From contig OZ024741.1 in assembly GCA_964016885.1 (NCBI GenBank), positions 403,930,001-403,994,000 on the forward strand: 64,000 bases of DNA. The letters are read 5' to 3'. Each line of letters opens with the position of its first letter. The first letter of the stretch is position 1. This DNA is from Eledone cirrhosa. Its lineage: Eukaryota. This document shows, in pieces, positions 48,531-58,940 of this stretch. The notes beneath the pieces were generated by a model. That model worked only from the letters and a program-made list of their open reading frames with translations, was not told the DNA's origin and ran no database searches. The translations under genes were made by a program, and so were the position numbers.

Positions 48531-49920
48531 GCTGGTGGTAATGGTAGTAGTAGTAGTGATGGTGGTGGTGGTGGTGGTAGTAGTAGTGGTGGTGGTAGTA
48601 GTAGTGGTGGTGGTGGGTGTGTCAATGGTAGTCGTGGTGGTGGTGGTGGTGGTGGTAAGGGTAGTGGTTATCAGGTAGTTGTGGTGGTGGTAGTGGTGGT
48701 GATAATGGTGGTAGTGGTGGTAGTGGTGGTAATGTTCGTGGTAGTGGTGGTAGTGGTGGTAGTGTTCGTGGTGGTGGTGGTGGTGGTAGTGGTGGTAGTG
48801 GTGGTGATAGTGGTGGTAGTGTTCGTGGTAGTAGTGGTGGTGGTGGTAGTGTTCGTGGTGGTGGTGGTGGTGGTGGTGGTGGTAGTGGTGGTGATAGTGG
48901 TGGTAGTGTTGGTGGTAGTGGTGTTGGTGGTAGTGTTGGTAGTGTTGGTGGTAGTGGTGGTTGTGGTAATGGTGGTAGTGCTGGTGATAGTGGTGGTAGT
49001 GGTGGTGGTAGTGGTGGTGGTTGTGGTGGTAGTGTTGGTGGTAGTGGTGGTAGTGGTGGTGATAGTGGTGGTAGTGTTGGTAGTAGTGGTGTTAGTGGTG
49101 GTGCTAGTGGTGGTGATAGTGGTGGTAGTGTTGTTGTTGGTGGTGGTGGTGATAGTGGTGGTAGTGTTGGTGGTATTGGTAGTGGTGGTGGTAGCGGTGG
49201 TGATATTGGTGGTAGTGGTGGTGGTAGTGGTGGAGATAGTGGTGGTGGTGATAGTGGTGGCAGTGTTGGTGGTTGTAGTGGTGTCAGTGGTGGTTGTGGT
49301 GGTGGTAGTGGTGGTTATGGTGGTGGCAGTGGTAGTAGTAGTGGTAGTAGTGGTGGTAGTTGTGGCAGTGGTGGTTGTAGTGGTGGTGGTAGTGGTAGTG
49401 GTGGTGGTAGTGGTGGTTGTGGTGGTGGTAGTGGTGGTAGTGGTGGGTGTCTTGGTGGTAGTGGTGGTAGTGGTGGTAGTTGTGGTGGTTATGGTGGTGG
49501 TAGTGGTAGTAGTAATGGTAGTAGTGGTGGTAGTTGTGGCAGTGGTGGTGGTATTAGTGGTGTTAGTGGTGGAAGTGGTAGTGGAGGTGGTAGAGGTGGT
49601 AGTTGTGGCAGTGGTGGTGGTAGTAGTAGTGTTAGTGGTGGTAGTAGTGGTGGTACTTGTGGTAGTAGTGGTAGTAGTGGTGGTAGTTGTGACAGTGGTG
49701 GTGGTATTAGTGGTGTTAGTGGTGGAAGTGGTAGTGGTGGTGGTAGTGGTGGTAGTTGTGGCAGTGGTGGTGGTAGTAGTGTTGTTAGTGTTGGTAGTAG
49801 TGGTGGTATTTGTGGTAGTGGTGGTAGTAGTGGTGGTAGTAGTGGTGGTAGGTGTCGCAGTCGTGGTTGTAGTAGTGGTGGTACTTGAGGTAGTGGTGGT
49901 ACTTGTGGTAGTTGTTTTGG
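48531..49920. repeat. Degenerate (GTG/GTA)n trinucleotide array
   Basis: Gives the poly-Val (+) and poly-Thr (-) artefact ORFs. Confidence 0.93.
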
Positions 49921-49964
49921 TGATGTTAGAAATCTTGGTGCCTGACATTCATACAGGTAGTGGC

Positions 49965-50160
49965 TTCTTAGCCCTCAATCAACCCTCACCGAGCAAACCT
50001 ATGATCAAAGTCATTCCAGCCGTGACCACCTCGTTCTTCTACCAGACATTGCCTTTCAGGGACTATATCATCCAACGTGTCCTTCCATTTGTTATGTTAC
50101 TACAATGTAATTCAGGGGATTTTTACAGCTATTTCTAGCATGTCGAGTTACCACGTAGAC
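49965..50160. mobile_element. Degenerate interspersed repeat with related fragments near 48445-48510, 50228-50280 and 60530-60580
   Basis: Shared words TTAGCCCT..TGATCAA, GCTATTTCT(A/T)GCA and ACTA(T/C)AT(C/T)ATCCAA(C/T)GTGT recur at these positions. Confidence 0.45.
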
Positions 50161-50415
50161 ATCGGTTCAGTGATTCGTGAGAATGTTGTTGTTGTTAATA
50201 TTGACGTTAGAGATATTAATTGTTGATGTTTAGCCCTAAGTCAGTTCTGATCAAGGAGATACATGACCAACCGTGTCTTCTGTCACTATTTAGTCACAAG
50301 AAGGTACCACATCACCACTCTATTCTAACACAGAGTGTATATATTAAAAACAAAGCAAGGTTTCATATTAAGGTCTTTATTGATTATACACAATTTTGGT
50401 TTTGTTTGATTAATA

Positions 50416-50499
50416 AGTCTAATGAGAATATTCGGTTGATGTCAGACCTATAGCATTTATATAGACCCCGAGCCAGACATTTGTGAAACAGTCGTAACT
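50416..50499 (+). ncRNA. Degenerate hammerhead-like motif in a probable PLE pseudo-LTR remnant
   Basis: AGT-CTAATGA-(imperfect stem II)-GAAAC-AGTC-GTA-ACT, followed by AATAAA and then (TA)n; the core has A in place of G5. Confidence 0.4.
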
Positions 50500-50619
50500 G
50501 TGTATCAGCAATAAAGATCTTATTGTGAAACCTGACTGTTTTCAATATCTACATTCTGCCTAACAATAGATTGCTGACTTGGGTACCTTCCTCAGAAAAC
50601 CACGAATCTACTGAACTAC

Positions 50620-50691
<72 letters not shown>

Positions 50692-51031
50692 AAGAATGTA
50701 ATCCTTTTTACCCTGAATGGGTATGTTTTTTAAGGACATACCACAATGATGTTTTTCCATTTCAAAGACGTGGGTTGAAAGGTTGCTCGACTGTAAAGGA
50801 GTGTGAAGAATTAGATAATTTGTATTCCAATGTTACTAAGTAGTTGCATTGGATGGAGTCAACTGACGTCAGAGATTGCTCAACGTATAATAAAGTGTGT
50901 TTTAAAATCCGGAGAAAATATGGAGAAAAAATTTACGAAATGGAAATGCGGGTATATAGAATTTATTAGGTAACAATTGTTTCTATAGTGTATGAGTTAC
51001 CTATACCTCGCTATTTGAATAATACACAAGA

Positions 51032-51922
51032 AAAGCTGGTTACTGCGAGAAAATTGAATATCTAGACGATAACCACATAAGTACTATGAATAAAACACAT
51101 CTAAGTCGAACTAGTATTGCACCACACACACACATCAATAGGCATACTAACAGGTGCAAACCAGCAAATAGAGTCAGACGTAGAGAGTACATATGGTATA
51201 ACCCCGTGTACAATTCTTCTATTAGCACTAAGATTATCTCACAATTCTATACACTAATCAATAAACACTTTACAACTTCACATAAATACTATAAAATCTT
51301 TAACTCGCGCACCATTAGACTCTCATACTCCACTGCACCTAACATAGAACAACTAATTAGAAAACTCAACTCAGCAATACTGAATAAGTACACCCCTAAT
51401 GACTCAGCGCACCAGCATAGCAACATGCAACGCACTAACACGCAACCACAACCCCACCAAACTATCCAGGATTCTACTGCAAAACATAAAAATAGTTGTA
51501 ACTGCACCAAACCAGGTACGTGCCCACTGAATAACCAGTGCCTAGCACGCAATATTGTCTACCGGTGTACAATAAATTCCGGGACCAACAAATGGTATTA
51601 CGTCGGATGTACCGCAACTTCTTTCAAGGCTCGCCTATACCAACATCGATCTTCGATCAGGCACGAGAAAATGCGCTCCGTAACAACCCTCGCCGATAAA
51701 GCCTGGCAGCTTCGGAGGAACAATCAAGCGTTCTCCCTTGATTGGCAAATTATTACAGCTGCGCCTGCATATCAGCAAAATCATCGATTCTGCAAGTTAT
51801 GCAATTTAGAGATATACTGCATTTTAACGTCGGTAAACAAACTTTTGAACAGCAAAATTGAACGTTCTCTATACTGTAACCATCGTTTGAAAACGACTTT
51901 TTCTTTTTTTAAATGCATATAA
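51032..51922 (+). pseudogene. PLE C-terminus: end of RT thumb, zinc-finger linker and GIY-YIG endonuclease (Naiad-like)
   Basis: Frame is open from the inverted-repeat junction (KAGYCEKIEY...). Motifs WYNP, CNCTKPGTCPLNNQC (CxCx5Cx5C), NIVYRC...YYVGCT...FKARLYQH, CKLCNLE, LLNSKIE, CNHR. Confidence 0.88.
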
Positions 51923-52332
51923 TGTTACCTTTTTACACCAACGTTTGCAAATTTCTGTCTTATATGTTTATACACTAGATATGACTTTCTATAATAATAG
52001 TACTAAACACTGTTTTTCTGAACCCCTTTAGAAATAACCTGCTACTATAATAGCCCTAATAACTTGTCTGTGACATTGTACCACTTTGACCCCTCTAACT
52101 AAATTTTGTCCGAACAACACCACTAGAAGTATCTACTTCCCAGCCAACCTTAGCACGCCTCATTAAGCTAACTGCTGCCAAAACATTCTCTCTTCACAAT
52201 CTCTACTAGTCTGACAGTCTTAAACCCTAAGACTCCTTCCACCTTACTCACTTCCCTCTTCCCCTTCTCTTCCTACCTCCTTCTTTATCTTTTATCTAGT
52301 GTATAAAATATTTTCATATCATTCTAATACAA

Positions 52333-52449
52333 AGGTCTGATGACATGGTGTGTTGGCTTACAGTGTACTTTCGGTTTTTGATAATATTTGTGTATTATTC
52401 AAATAGCGAGGTATAGGTAACTCATACACTATAGAAACAATTGTCACCT
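52333..52449 (+). ncRNA. Type-I hammerhead ribozyme with ~90-nt stem II in the PLE pLTR
   Basis: AGGT-CTGATGA(52337-52343)-long imperfect hairpin (ATGGTGTG/TACACTAT, TTAC/GTAA, TTGATAATAT/GTATTATTCAA)-GAA-ACAATTGT-C-ACCT; predicted cleavage after GUC at 52445. Confidence 0.8.
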
Positions 52450-52493
52450 AATAAATTCTATATACCCGGATTTCCATTTCGTAAATTTTTTCT

Positions 52494-52573
<80 letters not shown>

Positions 52574-52627
52574 CATAAAGTAATTAAGTCAAATATTTAA
52601 AATTTGGCTTCGTTTATTAAAAGATGT

Positions 52628-52682
52628 ACTGCTATATATATTTCGGTGACAGCCATCATTGGCTGTGACCTCTTCAGGCAGT
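52628..52682 (-). ncRNA. Minimal type-I hammerhead ribozyme (fold-back A, left arm)
   Basis: Minus strand ACTGC-CTGAAGA-GGTCACAGCCAATGATGGCTGTCACC-GAA-ATATATAT-A-GCAGT; perfect 5-bp stem I. Confidence 0.85.
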
Positions 52683-52808
52683 CCGAATTGGTGTTGTAGA
52701 GACAGGTACACATGTTGTTAAAGTGTTTTACTCCGTCAATACTCCAATATGTCCAGCTCCTGGTTGGGTTGATCAACATGTGTACCTGTCTCTACAACAC
52801 CAATTCGG

Positions 52809-52863
52809 ACTGCCTGAAGAGGTCACAGCCAATGATGGCTGGCACCGAAATATATATAGTAGT
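52809..52863 (+). ncRNA. Minimal type-I hammerhead ribozyme (fold-back A, right arm)
   Basis: ACTGC-CTGAAGA-GGTCACAGCCAATGATGGCTGGCACC-GAA-ATATATAT-A-GTAGT; stem I with one G-U pair. Confidence 0.85.
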
Positions 52864-52992
52864 ACATCTTTAATAAACGAAGCCAAATTTTAAATATTTG
52901 ACTTAATTACTTTATTTTACATTATTGCGTACTTCGTCGAATGCTCCAATCTGCATACTGAGGTGTCGGTAAACAACCAACATATACTCAAA

Positions 52993-53075
<83 letters not shown>

Positions 53076-53131
53076 ATATATGTAATATATATATATATAT
53101 ATATATAAAAATTTTGAGTATATGTTGGTTG

Positions 53132-53162
<31 letters not shown>

Positions 53163-53179
53163 TTTGAGTATATGTTGGT

Positions 53180-53229
<50 letters not shown>

Positions 53230-53246
53230 ACCAACATATACTCATA

Positions 53247-53282
<36 letters not shown>

Positions 53283-53860
53283 GTAGGTCCCGGGTTGAGT
53301 CGGGGATAACCACAGTAAGTAAGGTACTCACTACATGGCAGAGTAAATATTTTTTTATTTTATAGAAGGAGCTTCTACAGGACTAGTACTGTTTCATTCA
53401 GATGAAATCTTCAGGAACCTGGGTGTCATATTAAGTTCTGGTATTTATACATTTATGTATTGGTAAGGGAGGGGTGGTGGCTGGGGGGGGGGGGGAGGGG
53501 GTAGGATGGTATTTAGATACACAGGACCACAACATGGCACAGGCCGTTTTTTCTTTGGGGAGTGGTCAATTAGCCAGAGTGCTCTTTTGAAATAAATAAA
53601 TAAGTAAATAAATAAATAAATGAATAAATAGATAAATGAATAAATAAATAAAGAAAATAAATAAAAAAAATAATAAATAAATAAATAAAAACCCCAAGAA
53701 TAGTAATTCAACAGATATATAGTAGGGAAATTTAGGTGGGTTGGTAATAGAAATTAAACATTTAACAATACCGAATCATGGCACAGACTGGGGTGAGTGG
53801 TCAAGTTAACATACAAGCCACAGGTGGCCAGAGTGTTTTTGTAGAATGGAAGGAATAAAA
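53283..53860 (-). mobile_element. Probable PLE 3' end / pLTR remnant
   Basis: Bounded by (TA)n-rich tracts; the minus strand has a C-rich tract upstream of a hammerhead, followed by an A-rich ATAAAATAAAA signal. Confidence 0.5.
53373..53417 (-). ncRNA. Type-I hammerhead ribozyme
   Basis: Minus strand TTC-CTGAAGA-T-TTCA-TC-TGAA-T-GAA-ACAGTACTAGTCCTGT-A-GAA; near-palindromic stem III, GUA cleavage triplet. Confidence 0.72.
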
Positions 53861-53957
53861 TATATTTACATACTCACAACCACATACAAAAACACTTACA
53901 CACACATATGTATATATATATACATATACATGTGCATACCCACATACACACACACAC

Positions 53958-53998
<41 letters not shown>

Positions 53999-54151
53999 CA
54001 CACATATATGTGCGTGTGTATACACATATATATACACATACACACACATACATATACACACACACATACATACATACACATATATACATATATACACAAG
54101 AAAAAACACAAACACACAAATATACACACACACACGCATACACATACAAAC

Positions 54152-54186
<35 letters not shown>

Positions 54187-54234
54187 ACACATACACACGT
54201 GCGCATACACATACATATATATATATATATATAT

Positions 54235-54585
54235 GGTGGCTGACAACTCGTTTTCGAGTACGGCCACTACTTTATATCCATGTAGGAGAACCCCTACCAA
54301 TGCGCTGAACGAGTGTGACTTTTTAGTCCAACCAGCGACTTGAAAACTCTGGTACAAACACTACACTTGTGACAATTATTGACACATAGTGCTGGGCTCA
54401 TGTTACCATATGACGACAAGTGTAGAGAGATCTCCAGATATAAAGCAATGCCTGTGCCGTGAAGCTTTTATAGTGAGCAAAGGCACGGCACAAAGCCAGT
54501 CCCACTCTCTTAACCAAGATGATATTTACCAAAAAGAAGAAAAAGTCAACATCATTGGATACCATCAGGGTTGCAGGTGTTATAT
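54235..54585 (-). mobile_element. Short RTE-tailed retroelement, copy 2
   Basis: Reverse complement aligns by eye with 45371-45722 over its full length, including the zinc-finger remnant and the CTCG-AAAA-CGAG stem-loop. Confidence 0.8.
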
Positions 54586-54776
54586 AACATATATATATAT
54601 ACATATATATATATACACACCTACATGTATGTATGTCTCTCGGTATAAACTATACTATACATACACACACATACATATGCACACACATACATACACATAC
54701 ATACACACACACACACAAACACATACATTCACACATATATACATATATACATATACACACACACATACATATATAA

Positions 54777-54815
<39 letters not shown>

Positions 54816-55031
54816 TAAACGGAATAGAAAATGCTGACAAATTGTTCACAGTTGAAAAATGGTTTAATTAGGAATAAAAGAGTATTAGTGATTGTATGGG
54901 TTAGTATTCAGTTGTGGTTTTAAGTTTTTAAGTTTTTACCGGTTGCGCATTTCTAAATGCTTTTCAAAAATTATTTTGAGATAGAGTGTCCGTGCTGTTT
55001 GCTCTGATCTGATTAGTTTTGGGAATTCTAC

Positions 55032-55268
55032 CTGTTTTTATGTTAAAAAAATGGCTCCAGCGTTATTTTTGTGTTGCAAAAATGCTTGTGGTCAAAACAA
55101 TTTTGATTGGTCGGTAGAGGTCATGTGAATGTAAAAAGTTGATTTTGCGCCAAGACTGTTTTTATGTTAAAATGTTAGAAAAGTGGCTCCAGCAAAAATT
55201 ATTGGTCAAAACAATTTTGATTGGTCAGTAGAGGTCATTGTGGATAAAAAATTGGTTTTGCGCCAAGA
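55032..55268. repeat. Two diverged ~120-bp direct repeats
   Basis: CTGTTTTTATGTTAAAA...TGGCTCCAGC...GGTCAAAACAATTTTGATTGGTC.GTAGAGGTCAT...TTTTGCGCCAAGA starts at 55032 and at 55156. Confidence 0.8.
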
Positions 55269-55295
55269 TTGAGAAATGACTCTTTCACAACAAAT

Positions 55296-56171
55296 ATTGG
55301 TCAAAAGTTTGTTGTTGAGACACATAATTCTATCATGGCAATTTGTGGAATGAAGGAGTAGCTGAACCTGCCAGTAGAAGAAAGAGGGAGGGGGAGTGGA
55401 GGAAACCCAGTCGTGCGTTGATAGTGCCAACTACAGCAGGACAGGAGGTCAAGCAAGTATACTAGGGAAGGGGAGGGGGTGGAATTAATTTTCCGTATCA
55501 AATTTTTCATATACTTCGTACGAGCATTTATGTAGTTTGCACTAGAATTTTTGTATCGTAGCGGCACCCTTAGAGATAGTATTAGTATTCTTTTTCGGGA
55601 TTCTGAATTATTATTTCGTATTAGTTTATTTTTTGTACTGGGTGGTTGCTGGCCTTGTGCCTAGGGTAGAAATAATTATTTCGTATTAGTTTCGGGACTC
55701 TGAATTATTATTTCGTGGTAGTTTCTTTAGTATTTTGGCCCCCCACTTGTTGACCTGTCACCGTAAGATATACTCGGTTGATTACTATTAACTCTTAAAA
55801 TGGTCTCACTACAATTCCGTCCCACCTAGTAAACTTTTCTATAGTTTAGCAGTACCAGTGAGAGACTTGATGACTGTGGTTAGGGAATAGTAACCAGAAA
55901 TTGTTTTTTTAATATTTTTAACATTCTTGGTATTCTTCTATATATTTACTCCATATTGATTTACTTATTGTTTCGACTTCCTCCCCCTCCCCCTCCCTAG
56001 TATACTTGCTTGACCTCCTGCCCTTAGGATCCTGCTGTGGTTGGCACTATCAACACACGACAGGGTTTCCTCCAATCCCTCTCCCTCTTTCTTCTACTGG
56101 CAGGTTCAGCTACCTCTTCCACAAATTGCCATGAAGGAATTATGTGTCTCAACAACAAACTTTTGACCAAT
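55296..56171. repeat. Diverged ~190-bp inverted repeat pair (55296-55483 / 55978-56171), probably two head-to-head PLE pLTR pieces
   Basis: For example GGAGGTCAAGCAAGTATACTAGGG vs CCCTAGTATACTTGCTTGACCTCC; the right arm runs into a hammerhead motif. Confidence 0.8.
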
Positions 56172-56205
56172 CCTTGTGACAATCACTTTTACCATATATG
56201 GAATT

Positions 56206-56301
56206 ACCCCCTGAGAAGCTCGGCTATTCATATACCAGGATAAAACTGTTCATTTAGTCCAGAATTAGCCGTCGAAACGGCTTGAGCTCAGCCGTCGGGG
56301 T
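56206..56301 (+). ncRNA. Hammerhead-like motif with a variant core (CUGAGA)
   Basis: ACCCC-CTGAGAAGCT-CGGCTA...TAGCCG-TC-GAA-ACGGCT-TGAGCTC-AGCCGT-C-GGGGT; all three stems pair and the triplet is GUC, but core position 7 appears deleted. Confidence 0.65.
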
Positions 56302-56313
56302 CCTACTCATTCC

Positions 56314-56545
<232 letters not shown>

Positions 56546-56649
56546 TATATATATATATATATATAAAAGTTAAACAGAAATAACAACACAATCGGTACAG
56601 TATATGGAAGGGATATATTAGGTTAACGCTTTATATAGCAGGAAGAGGG

Positions 56650-56685
56650 TCTTAACGTTTCGGATGCTAGTCTTTCATCAGAAGA
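56650..56685 (-). ncRNA. Minimal hammerhead (stem III reduced to the ACGU palindrome)
   Basis: Minus strand TCTT-CTGATGA-AAGACTAGCATCC-GAA-ACGT-T-AAGA; stem II weak. Confidence 0.65.
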
Positions 56686-56785
56686 AAGAATGAGAAATAA
56701 GATAGATTGAGTGGACGGGTGGGTTGGAATTGGAAAAAATGTCTTTAGACAAAAATAACAGGTCCATTCATGTTGACATCTCTTG

Positions 56786-56861
<76 letters not shown>

Positions 56862-56897
56862 AATATATATACACACACACACACACACATACGCACG

Positions 56898-56973
<76 letters not shown>

Positions 56974-57023
56974 TAATAAAATAACAGGAGGCTGGACTTG
57001 TGTAAATCCTTGAAAGGTTTATT

Positions 57024-57081
57024 ATACTATAATCATTTCAATGACCGGGTTCCGTATGAATCCGGTGATATCATCAGGTAT
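57024..57081 (-). ncRNA. Type-I hammerhead ribozyme (fold-back B, left arm)
   Basis: Minus strand ATAC-CTGATGA-TATCACCGGATTCATACGGAACCCGGTCATT-GAA-ATGATTAT-A-GTAT. Confidence 0.8.
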
Positions 57082-57230
57082 TCGAAATGTAATAAATGAA
57101 TGTAACAGATAAAATCCATGGGGCTGAAAATCATAGCTAAAGTGGAAGATGGTAGATGTTCGGTCGTCCTCGGGTCTATGATTTTCAGCCCCATGGATTT
57201 TATCTGTTACATTCATTTATTATATTTCGA

Positions 57231-57288
57231 ATACCTGATGATATCACCGGATTCATACGGAACCCGGTCATTGAAATGATCATAGTAT
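57231..57288 (+). ncRNA. Type-I hammerhead ribozyme (fold-back B, right arm)
   Basis: ATAC-CTGATGA-TATC-ACCGG..CCGGT-CATT-GAA-ATGATCAT-A-GTAT; stem I ATAC/GTAT, palindromic stem III. Confidence 0.85.
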
Positions 57289-57502
57289 AATAAACCTTTC
57301 AAGGATCTACACAAGTCCAGCCTCCTGTTATTTTATTATAATATTTAACTCCGTACTCGCACCCCCAACTACACAAACGAAGAAGGTTGAGTGCTTTACG
57401 TTGAGTACTCTCCATATTATTACATTAAGATTGACCATACGGAATTGACCAGCTCTATCCAGTGGTGAACCTTCAAACCTAAATATATATATATATATAC
57501 AT

Positions 57503-57538
<36 letters not shown>

Positions 57539-57840
57539 GGTCTGTTCGTGTTTGTTAATAGGTAATTCTTTTACAATTGTAATGTCATCAATTAAAACCT
57601 GTGTATGCAGGTTTTAGCACTTAAGGTAGTATAAGTTCCAGACAGTGATATAATCACTCAGCTTTATCTACGACGTAGATTGTGTATAAGAATGAAGAAT
57701 AATGCAGTCTTCTGGAATATTCTATCGCTTCATTTATTACGTCATTACTATTATTCGCATTTCAATATATATATATATATATATAATCACTCTCTCTATC
57801 TCTCTCTCTCTCTATATATATATATTTTTTTTTTGTCGAA

Positions 57841-58050
57841 CGACTTTCGTCAAATCGGACCGAGGAAACAATGTTTCCGTTGGTCTTTCCAATTGCTAAT
57901 ACTATCTATCGGTCGCAACTCCAGGTAGAAAGAGCAACGTGAAATAAAGTATCTTGCTCAAGGACATAACGCAGCGCCCGGTCCAGGAATAGAACTGGCA
58001 ACCTCACGATTGCGAACCCAATTCTCTAACCAATCAACCACACACCTTCA
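57841..58050 (-). mobile_element. tRNA-derived SINE, copy 2 (head retained)
   Basis: Minus strand GAAGGTGTG-TGGTTGATTGG (A-box-like)...GTTCTATTCC (B-box-like)...TATGTCCTTGAGCAAGATACTT; body nearly identical to 45756-45935. Confidence 0.82.
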
Positions 58051-58098
58051 CACATATATATATTATACATATACATACATATATATATATGTAAGTAT

Positions 58099-58142
<44 letters not shown>

Positions 58143-58203
58143 ACACACATGTATATACACATATATTCACATACATATGTACGTATGGGTTATATCGAAT
58201 ATT

Positions 58204-58322
58204 AATAATTGTTTCTACTTTTGGCACAAGGCCAGCAATTATCCCAGTGCATTACTGGTACTTTATTTTATCGACCCCTTAAGGATGAAAGGCAAAGTTA
58301 AACACGGCTGGATTTGAACTCA
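58204..58322 (-). mobile_element. Remnant of a second SINE family; a tail fragment also lies at 55646-55680 (+)
   Basis: Minus strand GAGTTCAAATCC (B-box)...CTTTGCCTTTCATCCTT..GGGGTCGATAAAATAAAGTACCAG...TTGCTGGCCTTGTGCC; resembles an abundant octopus SINE (from memory). Confidence 0.65.
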
Positions 58323-58438
58323 ACCAATCCACCACCCCTAATAATATTCGATTCGTTTGTAAATAACCGGCCCGATCAAAGCTGTGCCGTGCCGATGACA
58401 AATAGCCATCCGTTTGTTCAACACTGGCATTGGGGAAT

Positions 58439-58477
58439 AATTAACATGTTTCTGGGTTATTACCTCTCATCAGGACT
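58439..58477 (-). ncRNA. Minimal hammerhead-like motif (stem I partly decayed)
   Basis: Minus strand AGTC-CTGATGA-GA-GGT-AATA-ACC-CA-GAA-ACATGT-T-AATT. Confidence 0.6.
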
Positions 58478-58521
58478 GTATACCTCTCTGCCAATCTGTT
58501 GAACTGATTTATATATATATA

Positions 58522-58552
<31 letters not shown>

Positions 58553-58634
58553 CTGTATGTGTGTATGTATGTGTGTGTGTATGTGTGTGCGTGTGTGTGT
58601 GTGTGAGTTTTTGTGTGTGTATATGGATGGGTGG

Positions 58635-58673
<39 letters not shown>

Positions 58674-58940
58674 TATTGTGTATGTGTGTGTGTGTGTGTA
58701 AGTTTGTGTGTGTAGATATGGGTGGGTGGATTTATGTATATATATATATTATGCAATGATATTAAATAAATGGTAAACAGAATTTATAAAACCATATTTA
58801 TTCTATTATATATTTTAAGGGTACCATCATTTTGGTAGGCTCTCATGAGATGAAATACGAAGTGTGTTTAATAAGTTTTGACGTAACCAAGGAGAATATA
58901 CCTTAACGGTTCAAGTTTTCCTTGGAAGTCCAAGGAATAT

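Larger units (their letters stand above)
50918..52499 (+). mobile_element. 5'-truncated Penelope-like element with an inverted partial pLTR at its 5' end
   Basis: 112-bp inverted repeats 50918-51029 / 52388-52499 enclose a GIY-YIG ORF, a pyrimidine-rich tract and a hammerhead; (TA)n follows. Confidence 0.88.
52575..52997. mobile_element. Fold-back PLE pLTR remnant A
   Basis: Arms 52575-52717 and 52774-52915 are near-perfect reverse complements around an ~56-nt spacer; unique tail to 52997; (TA)n on both sides. Confidence 0.85.
56970..57483. mobile_element. Fold-back PLE pLTR remnant B
   Basis: Arms 56970-57136 and 57176-57342 are near-perfect reverse complements around a 39-nt spacer; unique tail to ~57483; (TA)n on both sides. 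Confidence 0.85.

Noticed and set aside
48671-50138. Poly-Thr (-) and poly-Val (+) ORFs
   Set aside because: Translation of a (GTG/GTA)n array with no flanking domain.
51086-51922. Selenoprotein-type Naiad
   Set aside because: No in-frame TGA in the retained part; the zinc-ligand positions are ordinary Cys codons.
50918-52499. A new TIR DNA transposon or RT-less element encoding only a GIY-YIG nuclease
   Set aside because: The frame continues upstream of the ATG into RT-thumb-like sequence (KAGYCEKIEY) right to the repeat junction, and the repeat is part of the hammerhead-bearing pLTR. This fits a truncated PLE with an inverted pLTR.
57960-58050. tRNA gene
   Set aside because: A/B-box-like motifs run into a SINE body shared with 45756-45935; no full cloverleaf was found.
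58795-58852. Further hammerhead relics on the minus strand (CTCATGA...AAAATATATA here; CTCATGA...GAAACAAGTT near 60282-60362)
   Set aside because: Core positions are mutated and stem I is not convincing, so they were left out of the ribozyme count.
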